A stretch of 64,000 nucleotides of DNA from Lingula anatina (Eukaryota; Animalia; Brachiopoda): the NCBI GenBank assembly GCA_051362555.1, contig CM120649.1, positions 18,242,567 to 18,306,566 on the forward strand. Reading direction: 5' to 3'. Below are positions 13,901 to 25,283 of the stretch, one piece after another. The position numbers and the translations under genes were made by a program. The notes beneath the pieces were generated by a model. It saw only the letters and a program-made list of their open reading frames with translations, was not told the origin of the DNA and did no database searches. Each line of letters opens with the position of its first letter. Position 1 is the first letter of the stretch.

Positions 13901-16275
13901 CAAGGGATGCGCAGGCCTATGACATTCAATTCAGATCCATTAGTATGTAGCAGTCACCTGTAGTACCTCATATAGACCAAATTAAATACAGCCAAGTGTT
14001 GCATTTTATCTGCCTTTATTGTCCCTTTGAAGGCAAAATGCCATTAATCGCTATTTTTTTTTTCAGAGAGTTAAATACAGAGAGAGTTAAGTTTTGATGT
14101 GTGGTGTGATCTGCTGTTCACTTTGATCTTGATATCTTTGTCTCTTTACTCTGGTTAATGTCACTAATGATATCTGCACACTCACACACACACACACACA
14201 CACGCACGCATGCACGCACACACACACACACACACACTTACAGACATTAAAAAATTCAGCTTATCTTTGCATTAGATGCTGATGCTTTGATGATTGCCTT
14301 TATAGAGAATCGCAATTTGCAATCTGTAGTTTCAGCATGATACCAATATTTTATATATATAATGAAGCACCCACTAAGAGCCTATTATCAGATGTTTACA
14401 TCACTAGAATTGATGTATAAAGAATGAGATTTGTATGGGTTCTGTGAAGCTGCAGTTGTTAAATTCCACATACCCAGGTGAAAATCCTGAAAATCAATAA
14501 GCTTTGTGCATGTCTGATGCAGGTATTTTCTGGATGTCTGCCGGGTGACTGCAATAGATACGAATCGCAGGTCCATATGTAGGGGTGGGATTGGGGGGGG
14601 GGGGGGGGGGGGGGGGCAAAACAACTGCTCTTTTATTTGGAGGGAAAAGGTCCACTCTGAATCGAAATTTGATCTGGGTTCTATGCCATTTCTCAAGTTT
14701 GGTCAACTAAGGGATGTAAAAAGGTCAATTTTTTCAGAAAATAGACCCTAATCTCTCTTGGAATTTGCCATTTACAGGACTGGGCTGTATAAACGGAATA
14801 ACTTATTAAACTTCATAATTAGAGTCATAGCAGAGGGCAGTGTTTAACCATACGAGCCGATCTCGTTGCCACAGTGGCAAACTAGGAAATGTCATGGATA
14901 TGAAAATGCCAGGCCTTTAGATTACTCTGGTTCTCCAGGGATCCTGAAGGTTTGTTCTGTAGAATTGGTTGCCTACAGACAAACAGGAGAGGCATCTCTG
15001 GGGATTTGTGGTAAAAATATTGTGTTGTGACTGATATGGATCCCAGGGTGATACAAATTATGGCTTTGGTTAATGAAAGAAGTATAGATTTGTGCGTGTT
15101 ATTTTCATGTCGAGCCAAAACTGTATTTTGGGAGCTTAAGATGTGGCTGCAGTAACTTATTAATGCCAGCCGGCTCAAATATTCTGATTTCTTTTTTTTT
15201 TTCAAAATCATTTCTCTCTGCAGTAAACTTTAGCAGGTCTACAGGTCGTAGAGCTTAACTCCTTCTTTATACTCTCTGAACAAGTGACCCAAAAAGAATG
15301 GCAATTACACAAAAATAAAATTGTACTTCCTTTGGCATGAATAACATCATATAAGAAGGGCAAAATATTTCATGAAATTATCATTCTTTCAGATTGGTCT
15401 GCCAGATGGAAGGAAAAAACTGACTCTTCCAGTGCTGCAAGAAATGAATGTGGCCCAGTTACAGGTGCTGGTGAATGATATGCACTCCCAGATTGAAAGT
15501 AAGTGACAGGGTGTACAGGAAGTAAGTGTACAGGGTGTACAGGAAGTAAGTGTACAGGATGTACAGAAAGTAAGTGTACAGGATGTGAAGAAAGCAGGAC
15601 TGTCCCTGGGATTTGGGGTACAGGGAGTCTAACCCAAGCAAGCCTAACCAACCCCCTGTCCACCATTCCATGCTCCCGTTAATTCACTCTTGGCTTTCTT
15701 TGCGCGAAAGTCAGATTTCAGGCACTAGCTAGCTTAAACACAGATACAATTATGATGAAAATGCCAAGGACTGGCGCTGTTTTATCTGCAAGCTATTCCA
15801 TCTCTTTTGAATAAAAGTCAATTGTGATCATGCAGTTGTCCTCAATATCTTTAATTGTTTTATGCCACCCGTAGCTGAATTGATGACACTGTGCTAGACT
15901 GAGTGCTTAAACTGTCACAGTGGATCTTTCAAAAATTGGAAATGCGTGTTTGTTGAATCCAGGAAAAAAAAGAGATTAAACAGATTACATTGCATGTATT
16001 GAAATATAGTGGGGATCGATGAAGCACTCCAAAATGCAAATAGAAAAATGTGTTTCTGTAACAGCAGGTTTATGGAAATTTGGTAGCATTTTTTTTAAAC
16101 CTGGTGAGGTGTGCACTGATATTTATCAATTACCATTTCTGTGTTGAAATACAGCTGTGGAATAGTGCTGATCCCTGCAAAAATACTCATAGTGATCAAC
16201 TGTATTAATTTCCATCCATAGTTTACAATACAGTGACAAAAGAAGCTTTTTCTTAATTAGGCATACAAACACATG

Positions 16276-16306
<31 letters not shown>

Positions 16307-18719
16307 ACACACACACTATCAAAAACATCAGTATTTTTTTTCAATGCTGAAACTTGAAACATGCAATCAGCTGCACTAATCACCTGGAAAAAAAATCAAT
16401 GATGACATTAAGGACCTGTGGAATAGTACAAACACTGCGCCACCTGTATCCTAGGCCCCGTGCCTCGATGAAACAGTCTGACATTCTCCCAGCAAAATAC
16501 GTGTTAACGTGATTAGATTTCCTATGTATTAGCTCTTAATGTGATGCCAGAGGAGTGGGGAAATCTTTAAGTGGGACGCGTAAGTGTGCATGATTTATTG
16601 ATCTCCTCAGAGAAGAGAGCAGCTGAGGATAGCACGCGGCATGTCCATTTGTATATTAACTTACGTACCTGTGATGTCGTGCTGAAAATTGAAATTAATT
16701 AGCTTGCCGATTTTGTTTTCAATTTACTTTTTGAGATAAACTACAGGTACATTATAAAAGTCCCCCACGCCCCATTTTTTTTTCTTTTAGTGTTTATGTT
16801 TCTGTGGAACACTGTTTGTGAATTTTACAGATACTGTTGTTCTTGAAATTAGAATGCTCCTATTGAGTAGTAGCAACAAAACTAAAAAGCAGACTATAGT
16901 TCTATTTTATTCAAAGAAAGGAACACTTTCAATGGTTCTTAAATAATATATCTGAAAAATTGATAATTTTTCCCCATTGAAAAGATGGAGGCATTAACAT
17001 ACGCGTATGTTTCAGGGTTAATAATCTGTGAATACTTAGTGAAAAAAAATCCTCTCTGTTCCTGTTAAAGGGTAGTAATGACACGACTTTGTGTTTGTGT
17101 TACAGGTTTAAATGAAGATCTGGTGAAGGCTTTAATGAACAGGGATGACTTTCATATGGAACAGGACTCTATGTTGGTGGACATTGAAGATCTGACACGG
17201 TAAATAAAATACTGAACCTAGTTGTTGATGATAGACCTAATGGAATGTATTTGTTGATGATAGACCTAATGGAATGTATTTGGATGAAGAGTGCTTTAAG
17301 ATTTGATTGCTTGAAAATTTGAATTGAAATTTAAAATAGCTTGATACAAAATGATGCGAATTCATTTGGGCTTTTTTCATTTTGCCATTTATTTGTAAAT
17401 ATACCTGCAAATGCCATGTACTCTGTGTATATTATATATTGTTTGTGAATTGTGTAATTTTATAGAAATGTCAATTATTTTGACAGGCTTTGAATGCTAG
17501 TTTGCTAAAATAATTCCACATTTTTGATATTTTATTTGTCATAGTTAACAGTTCACAAGATTCCATCAAGCTGTTTTCGACACTCCACAACTTTTCAGAG
17601 AGGCAAATCCATTTTGTCTTGAGACTTAATTGCTGAGAATGCAATTTATTAATAGATATTAACTGATGTAGTTCCCATGATTTAGGTGTTTATAGCTCAG
17701 TTAACCTGAAGATTAATGTTTACTTTTCCATTTGCATAAATGTATTTCAGCTTAATTTTGATTACTGGAATTGGAATTCTACAGCAATTCCATGTTAATT
17801 TTGTCAGCATTTCCTTTGATATTTCTTATTTTGGTGTCAATTTTCAGTGGGAGGATATGGCCGCAAGCCATGAGTGAAAATGTCATGTAGGTGACAGTAT
17901 ATGCTCCTGTACTACAATAGTGTAGGGGGAGCTGCAGTCAGCATTTCACAGGGTTGCCAACTGTACATTGTTGTCATTGCTTATTCCCCTCTTGATGTTT
18001 ATGAAATTCAGTGTAAATTAAACAACTTTACCATATTTTGGGTTGTCGTGTTGTTTGTGATATTTGACAGATGTTGGCAACTCTGATTTAGGGCTTCTGT
18101 AGTTTCAGCTATGCAAAAATAATCAATAAAGACAGAGTGATCAGCAAAACTTCAAATTGCAATGGAAAAAGTAGACTATACTCATTAGTCATAAGTAGGT
18201 TATTACATTAGATTTTTTCTTGGCATCTTGTACTTTTGCAAGTAAGCTAGGAAAGGTGTGTGTGTGTGTGTGTGTTCTTTTGCTTACCTATACAGGTAAA
18301 ATATATATGATTGGAATGCTTGGAACCAGATGAATAGTTGCTGTCAAGAAAAATGTCTCTGTTATTATATTTTCAATACAAAAATACTGGTTCAGTAAAG
18401 TTTTAAACTCAATCCAAAATTTCGTGGTTGCTGGTCACTCTTGTCTTGTGTCTTAACACAGTGATTTGGGGTTGTCTTGACTGATTTAGCACTGACATCT
18501 GGTGGGAAATTTTCCTGAATAATTATATCTTCTTAGGGGGCATAAGTGGTTTGGTTTTATCAAATAATCTCTGGTGAACTGAAAATTGCTCTTTCCTTTT
18601 CTTGCAAAATTAGTTCAGTTCTTTCTGAATATCCATTTCTCTTTAAATGATTAATTTAAAATCAGTTGAAAATTTTAATATTGAAAAGGGATTTATAAGT
18701 GAAAAGGGATGTAAAAGCT

Positions 18720-18754
<35 letters not shown>

Positions 18755-21501
18755 CTGTAGTCATACATAGCAATGAAAAGAAGTTATGGCCAAAGCTGAA
18801 AATATTAATTAACAATATAGCCAAAGTAGATTATGATACGTTGGCAAAGGTATGGTATCTCTTACCAGTATGATGTATATATTTACTTCATTTTAGAAAT
18901 ATCAGCTGGCCAGTTTGTGGCATCTCTTCATTTTTTCTCTTCCATTTGTTACTTTTGGAGTTGGTTTATGTCCTTCTTATCTAATATTTTACCTAACAAA
19001 GTTAAACACTATTGTCATATACAGACTTGACATTTAATATCAATTTTTTTTTCCAAAACCAGTCTTCTTCAATTTTTCCTTATCTTAAAGTAATAACTGA
19101 AAACAGCATATGCTATCATGTTTGACATGCCATAATGAATCATTCAGTGTGTCATCAAGCATTTAATTATTCAAAACGTCGTTACAAACCACATCCGATT
19201 TCATGATGAATGACTTGCTGTGCAGCAGTGTGCCCTTGGGGAAAAGTATCAAGTCACCTGCCTTTTCTCACACAGCATATAATAATCATGGCAAAGTGAA
19301 AAGATTTGCAACAAATAATCTGTGACCATTTCTGGCTGATACCAGAGCCCTTTCCTTTAGAATGCTTTCTGAGAATTTGAACTGATTTTGCACTCCACAA
19401 GTCAGTTAGAGCTGGTTGAGGTAAATTTTTTTAGTCTGGACCAGTAAGCTGTTGGTTCTGCGGGTAATTTCTGCCCAAAGGTTCTCTGTTGGGTTTATGT
19501 CATGGGATATTGACAGCTAGGACAACTGGTTCATCCCTTGGTTCTGCAGGAAATCTGTTATTGCAATGGCTCTTTGTGGTCTGGCATTATTATTTTGGAG
19601 GATAAAGTTGCCCCGGAAGTGGCTTCTTGCAAATGGTAAGCAAGTTTTCAATAAAATGCCCCTGTATTTTACCTGGTTTAGGATACCATCAATTGCCACC
19701 AATGGTGCTTTGGCTCCACTTTGAAAGCCAGCTCATGCACAGATAATGCCACTGCCACCAGTCACTTTATGGGTGACACCAAGCCCAGCTGGTGGAGTAT
19801 CTCCTCTTGAAGCCTGCAGACTTTTATATGGCCATCACAGTGGTGAAACTCAAACATTGATTCTTCCATAAAAGCCACATGGTGACAGTGTTGTGCGCAG
19901 AACCTCCAGTGGTTCCTTTCCCAGCACAGTCACGGGCATTGATGTTGTGCTGTTAACAGAGGCCTTTTTCAAGGTTTGCCTGGCATAGTAGCCAGCTAAA
20001 ATTAGTCTGGCATTCACTGGCGTTCTGGATACATGTTTTCAAATGGCAATTTGCCACTTAGTTTTAGAATTACTTCCTCGACCTCTGTATCCAGCACAAG
20101 GGACATAGGGTCATATCCCATCACTGAGTTTCACACTCTCACCATCTCATTGCCCTCATCTTTATTTCTGTGGACAGGTTTATGCTGTTTGCCTCGGATG
20201 TTATATCTCCTCATTGTCTTGTTTAGTCAAAAGATGTTGCAGATCTTATGCTGTTGTTGCAGATCATTGTTTCCACTAATGAAGCTCCCTACGTACTTTA
20301 AGTCTTAAAACTATTCTAGTTCTTCTCCATAAGTGGTAAATGCTGTTCTTTTTGGTGTGTTTTTGATACATTACTCGTTTCTTCTGGTTGCTTTGAAGAC
20401 CAGATTGTTCTGCATTATGTGATAATTTGTCAGACTTTTCCCGGGAATGTGAAGTGGTGGTTGACAGGGTTGCGATATCCTCTGCAAAGCCAGTGTCATC
20501 TTGATGTGCTCTTTTCTTTCACATTAACCAATTAATTGTTGCCACATTATCTGTACCATGAGACTTTGAGCATCCATTTGCCAAACTTTGGAGTGTATTT
20601 TGTCCAGTTGTTGCAACATAACGATAGGAGCAAGCAGTCTTTTTGTCTGGTTGTGACTTTAGGACACCCTGGTCGTGAGGTGCAGCAGTCTGGGTATGCC
20701 TCTGGGCCATTTAAGACACTGTTCCCCAACTCACATTGTGCTGTCTGGCACTGGCAGTTTGCTTCTGTCACAACGCAACAGTATTGTGGCATCTTGATTC
20801 TATTAGTCCATGTACCATATGGCCAACCAAGACTGCAAAAATGTTCAAAGTCTTCTGACTAGGCATTGATAAAAATTTTGACTTTTTATACAGAGACGCT
20901 GCTCTTTTATACTCATTCTTGAACCAGACTTGAAACAAATGACCACACCTTACGTAACATAAACATTCTTTGGACAAGATGGCCAGTTAGATGCTACCTG
21001 ACACACCTGGCTACATGTCTACCTGTTTGCATTTCTCATGTGTGATTTACATTTTGTTAAAACTAGTGCATTTATTACAAACACTTAGCTGGAAAACTAA
21101 AATATTTGATGCAAAATGTCAAGTCTGTATGTATACATTTCAAACTACATAATGGCAATTTATTTTTATGTCACGTTTATGAAAGTTTGTGGGCAATGAA
21201 TTTAAGTAATCTGCACAGATTTTCTGAACAGAAATATCCTTATTTCAGCACTTTAAATAATCCCATTGTTGAATTTAATCTTTTGAGTGGTCTCTGGTTG
21301 ATACTTTCAAAAATGTCATCATTTTATCACTTTAAATAATTTCTTTGTTCAATTAAATTTTTGTATGGTCTCTTCTTGATATTTTCTTGCTCACCTCACC
21401 AGCATGTTCACCGGCATCTTTCCCTTTTCAGACGTGCTCAAGAATGCGCCCAGCGCGTGAGCTCACGAAATCAGCGTCGAAAAGAAAAGGGCAGCAGCTG
21501 A
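1..21501 (+). CDS. SCHIP1: Schwannomin-interacting protein 1 homolog (spliced, 5' partial)
   Basis: Phase-consistent GT-AG exons: <1-1107, 9876-10127, 11251-11409, 11655-11729, 15393-15498, 17106-17199, 21432-21501 (TGA). The translation contains SCHIP1 family motifs [58 protein letters not shown] and the C-terminal coiled coil [50 protein letters not shown]. Confidence 0.93.
1812..1878. repeat. 17-bp tandem repeat, about 4 copies
   Basis: (atatccagggtgctttg)n with single-base variants. Confidence 0.85.
4919..5133 (+). mobile_element. MITE family A copy 1 (PIF/Harbinger-like non-autonomous element)
   Basis: About 215 bp, highly similar to 54710-54920. Imperfect TIRs GGCTGTATTCCCAGAA / TTCTGGAAATGGGGTC with subterminal tagatcgatct, flanked by tta/taa. 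Confidence 0.8.
6300..6405 (+). repeat. Interspersed repeat family D copy 1
   Basis: gaaaaggtccactttgaatccaaatttgacctagg...caactaagagggtaaaaagtcaatttttt..cagaaaa recurs, diverged, at about 14644-14742. Confidence 0.7.
7093..7166. repeat. Near-perfect inverted repeat (about 34-bp arms)
   Basis: atttggaaagcttaacattgaaataaaattgaaa pairs with tttcaattttatttcaatgttaagctttccaaat. Confidence 0.85.
8997..9012 (+). promoter_or_regulatory. CTCF-like motif
   Basis: CCTGTAGATGGCAGCA has one mismatch to the core consensus CCASYAGRKGGCRS. It overlaps an E-box CACGTG and lies about 600 bp upstream of the candidate alternative ATG. Confidence 0.4.
9594..9875 (+). CDS. SCHIP1: Candidate alternative N-terminal extension of SCHIP1 (internal-promoter isoform)
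   Basis: The ATG at 9594 opens 94 stop-free codons in frame with the conserved exon starting at 9876. The local sequence is richer in CpG than the surrounding intron. Confidence 0.5.
10888..10971. repeat. (CT)n microsatellite
   Basis: Imperfect CT dinucleotide run. Confidence 0.9.
12486..12682. repeat. Diverged direct duplication, about 105-bp period
   Basis: ataacagt.ccaga.gg.ccc.act...tgaatctttaacaa...tttcatgtctt.aact.gt.tgccct.ttgt occurs twice. Confidence 0.75.
14644..14742 (+). repeat. Interspersed repeat family D copy 2
   Basis: Similar to 6300-6405. Confidence 0.7.
15497..15594 (+). repeat. 24-bp tandem repeat (about 4 copies) containing the SCHIP1 exon splice donor
   Basis: Unit aagtaagtgtacagg(g/a)tgtacag(g/a); the first unit is 23 bp and overlaps the donor aa|gtaagt. 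Confidence 0.85.
18491..18505 (-). promoter_or_regulatory. CTCF-like motif
   Basis: The reverse complement CCACCAGATGTCAGT has one mismatch to the CTCF core consensus. Confidence 0.3.
19330..20950 (-). mobile_element. Decayed Tc1/mariner DNA transposon (transposase pseudogene) in the last SCHIP1 intron
   Basis: Frameshifted minus-strand fragments match Tc1 transposase motifs: [10 protein letters not shown] (GRPR linker, about 20650-20680), [27 protein letters not shown] (VxFSDESxF), [13 protein letters not shown] (FQQDNARPH) and [11 protein letters not shown] (SPDLNPIENLW). Ends are approximate. Confidence 0.85.
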
Positions 21502-24500
21502 TACATTAAAACCTGTCTCACGAGGAGTTGGCTAAAAACTGGACTTAATTCCATGATGTCACAAAATAATGTCACATCCCTTCACTGGCAAATGCATGGC
21601 AGTAGTCACAACCACATGGGAAGCACTTCACTGATCACTGTATAGTGTAGAGAATTTTTCCCCTCTTGGTTGAGCAGTTTTCCAGTTTTAGTCAAGCTTG
21701 AATATATACATGTGCCATGAAGATGCAACCAAGAATCAGTAAGGAAAAAGACAGGGCAGGTGTTACTATAAGGATTAAGCTTATCACAGAAACATTTGGT
21801 CATACATAAATGGCGTCTCAGATAGAGGCGAGATACAATCATTCTCTTTGTAAATGGTTTGCACCAGTCACTATGCTGTTCTCCTCCCCATGGCTGTGTT
21901 ATATACATATTTCATTTTCAGAAGAGGTGGCTTTTTGTAGTAGAGATTGCAGTAGTTGTGCCGGTACAGCTGTGAATGTGTGATTTAACTCTGGATTGTG
22001 CTTGTTGAGACAGACGAACTTCAGGAAGATGGATGAACTCCAGGCGTCCATTGGTGCTGAATTGTGAAAGATGTCACATACCTTGGTATTTGATATCTAA
22101 TTTGAATAATCAGGAACATGGAAATTGCCCCTTTAAAGAGATTTATTTACTGTTCATGCATACCAGAAATGTTCATGTAGAAACTTCAAGGTGATTTGTT
22201 TTTTTATTAAAATGTTGCATTTGACAACCTTCCGTAGATTGTGTCATGATGAGCGTTGCTGCTGAATATGTGAAAGATGTCACTTACTATGGTGTTATAT
22301 GATCAGGAAGAAGGAAATTGCCCATAAATTCAATCATATGGGCCGTAGTGATAGCCCATCATTCAAATTACTGGTTGTAATGTAACCAAAGGGCTCCATA
22401 GGATCAGAAGGAGATGTGCTTGGGATGATTTCCCAGAAAAAAAATGGTCTGAAACTTCAGATGTAAGATTTAGTCTACTTAAAATCATTTAATTAAACTA
22501 CTACTGTTAAATCTTGGTCTATGAATTAAAGGCAACATAAGATATTTACATCTTCTGTGAAAGGACTCCTGTAAGTGCCATATTTGCTCTCAGAGGAAAA
22601 AAGGACAGCATCACTGGATGTATTGAGAAGGCAGAAACACAAATTTTGTATGTAGACAGGTTCTCCACAAGTAAATGACAATAAGGTTGTAGGAGAAACC
22701 GCTACCCCTCTGAAAGAGCCAATCGAAATTCACTCGAAACTAGATTGAGGCACAGTGATGGCTAAGGTGGTGGATTTGTCACCATATTATTGTACTATAG
22801 ATGGCGCTTCTACACACTTCCAAGATAAAGCTGTTTAGTGCAGTTAGAAAACGGACTTTACAAAAGTTGAGTTCCAGATGTGTAACAAAAGACTTGACAT
22901 CTTATTTAAGTACCTATAAGTGACTTGATGTTTTTGCTTTCTGAGGATTCTGTAGTTAAGATTTGATGAAACAGGTGCTCAAGTTTTTGTTTAAGTAATT
23001 ATGATCATTTATGGGAAAGTTTGTTATGTTCTTGCTGTTTTGTTTCCAAAGTACGCTGTAATTTGGTTTAATTATTTTAAATCTATTTTAAAAGAACATA
23101 CATGTTTTGCCTCAAATAGTTTAGAGGAAATCTTGGTCTGAAGTCACTAAACAATCCTCAAGTATTGGCTTCTTTGTCCAAAATTCATGTCAAATACACA
23201 CATGAAGTTGGAAAATTTCAATGTAAAAAATAATATTATTATTTTATTAGAAAAACTTAGTGAAACCAGCCACTAAAATACTAGCAAGGCAGTGCTTACT
23301 ACAGGACGCTTCCTCAAGGTAGCTGTAAGTGTAGAACTGAGTTTACATAAATGAATTAATTTATGAATAATGTAGCTGTTAAAATTCATTATATTTGTTT
23401 ATTCTGGTTACCGTTATGGTAGCAGCGTACTCATTCACACACTTTGCTCTGTAGGTAGTGTCGTCACTTGATATACAGGACTTCGATAAATATGTTGAAC
23501 TTTAATTGACTATATTGAACTGAAGATATGGTCATGAATAGAAACCAATGTGATACAGATAAGACACAGTGCAATATAGGCATTGTGCTTTACCTTTTTA
23601 TATGCCTCAATTGAAGTATTCATACTCGGTGTGAAATATGTGTATGTATTGTTTATTAATTTCAATGCCTTTAATTGAGTGCATTGGCTGTTTAAAGGAT
23701 TGCTTCGTTCATATCGATGCCTCAACAGCTTCAGGATTACAATGCATTAATTTTTAACACGCGGAACTGTTGACGTATTTCCTCATGGCGTGAACTAGCT
23801 GCTTCATTTCTTAATGTCCATGTATACCTTTACTTTAACGACTTTTATTTAGAATGTAGTAACCACGAAACATTAAGGTAGGTACTAGTTCGAAGGTGAA
23901 CGCGTCAATGACAAAATTTAGGCGGTTCTATTAACTGTATCACATATCGCTCTTTAAAACAACAACAAAAAAAAAAAGAAATGGAGAAGCTGGTTCACAT
24001 CGGACTTGGCAGTGTTCATCATGATGTTAAGTGAACTCATTTAATTATAACCATATTGTATAAATTCTAGTCTGCTCGATTTCATTGCCTTTCCAATAAA
24101 GGTCACTAGCAGTGTATTACGCTAAACATGATTATGTGTTGAATTTTTTATTTAAAAAAAGACACGTCCAGGAACCGGGAGTTTGAATGATCTCAGACTG
24201 GGCGCATGAAGTTGATGAAAATTAAAGCACTTTATTTGAATATGATTTTGCATACAAATTCGTGTAATACATATGCATATACATGACATCGTAAACGATA
24301 TCAAACATTTTTCCCGACAAATATCGACCCGCTAGATTAAGCCAGCGGGCAAACATACAATTACGCATGAGTGTGCAATGGCGAATCCAACTGCCAAACA
24401 ACACTCCTATGTTCATTTAGAATTAAAGACGAGCACATCTCGTTCAAAATACATCTTTCATAATCGGAAAAACTTTTTTAAAAATAATATTTTGATGTGT

Positions 24501-25283
24501 AGCAAACTGGCCATGTCGGGCGAGACTGAGGAGGAGAGGGTACATTGATTCCCTTTTCCAAAAACCTAGCCATTTAATTGTTGTTAATCTCCCAAACTTG
24601 TGCAATACAGAAAGCTGTACCCCTTCGTGTTAAATAAGCACATGCCATGGTGAACCGGTCCAGCTGAATGTTCCATTCCATGTGGAAATAACCCAACTTT
24701 CAGCTGATTTATGCTCAGAGATTTACCTTGTTTGCCAGGTGGTTTAATCTACTAACAGAGACGATCTTGGACAAGAACTGTTAGAAATATCAATCTCCCT
24801 CACCAACACCAGTCAAGTTATTCGCCGTTAAATCCCATTATAAACTGAAACTGTCGGCCATGTTTTAAACTCCTTGGGTTGTTGACAAGCCACCCACCCC
24901 CACCCAAACCAATCCCACCTCTCCCAACGGAATATTGTTGCATTGCATGTTTGACTATTACCAGCTTTACCAGAAAAGACAGCCGGCTGGTTTGACGAAG
25001 CCTTTGGTAACTAACGGTTATTGTTTGTGTCGTGCATTTGACGAGCACCGCATCTACAAGCCGTTAAGTAACAAAGTCTCCGTAAAACCGATTCTAGGTT
25101 GCTAGCAGTGCCAATTTTTAAATCGCACACTGCGCCGATCTATTTCATATCATTTCGACAAGAATATTCATGAATATTGCACAATGGAGCCCACAGCCAA
25201 GCACCGCTTTAACTGCAGTAGTAAAAGGCTCCCGTTGTCAGTGCAATGAATAATGTCCTATTCAATCTCGAGAAATATCATCT

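Noticed and set aside
20547-20792. Cys-rich 81-aa ORF resembling a small toxin or metallothionein
   Set aside because: It contains the GRPR-like linker of the decayed Tc1 transposase and has no signal peptide; the excess Cys is consistent with mutational decay.
22794-22808. CTCF-like ACTATAGATGGCGCT in the SCHIP1 3' region
   Set aside because: The 5' half matches the consensus poorly; too weak to report.
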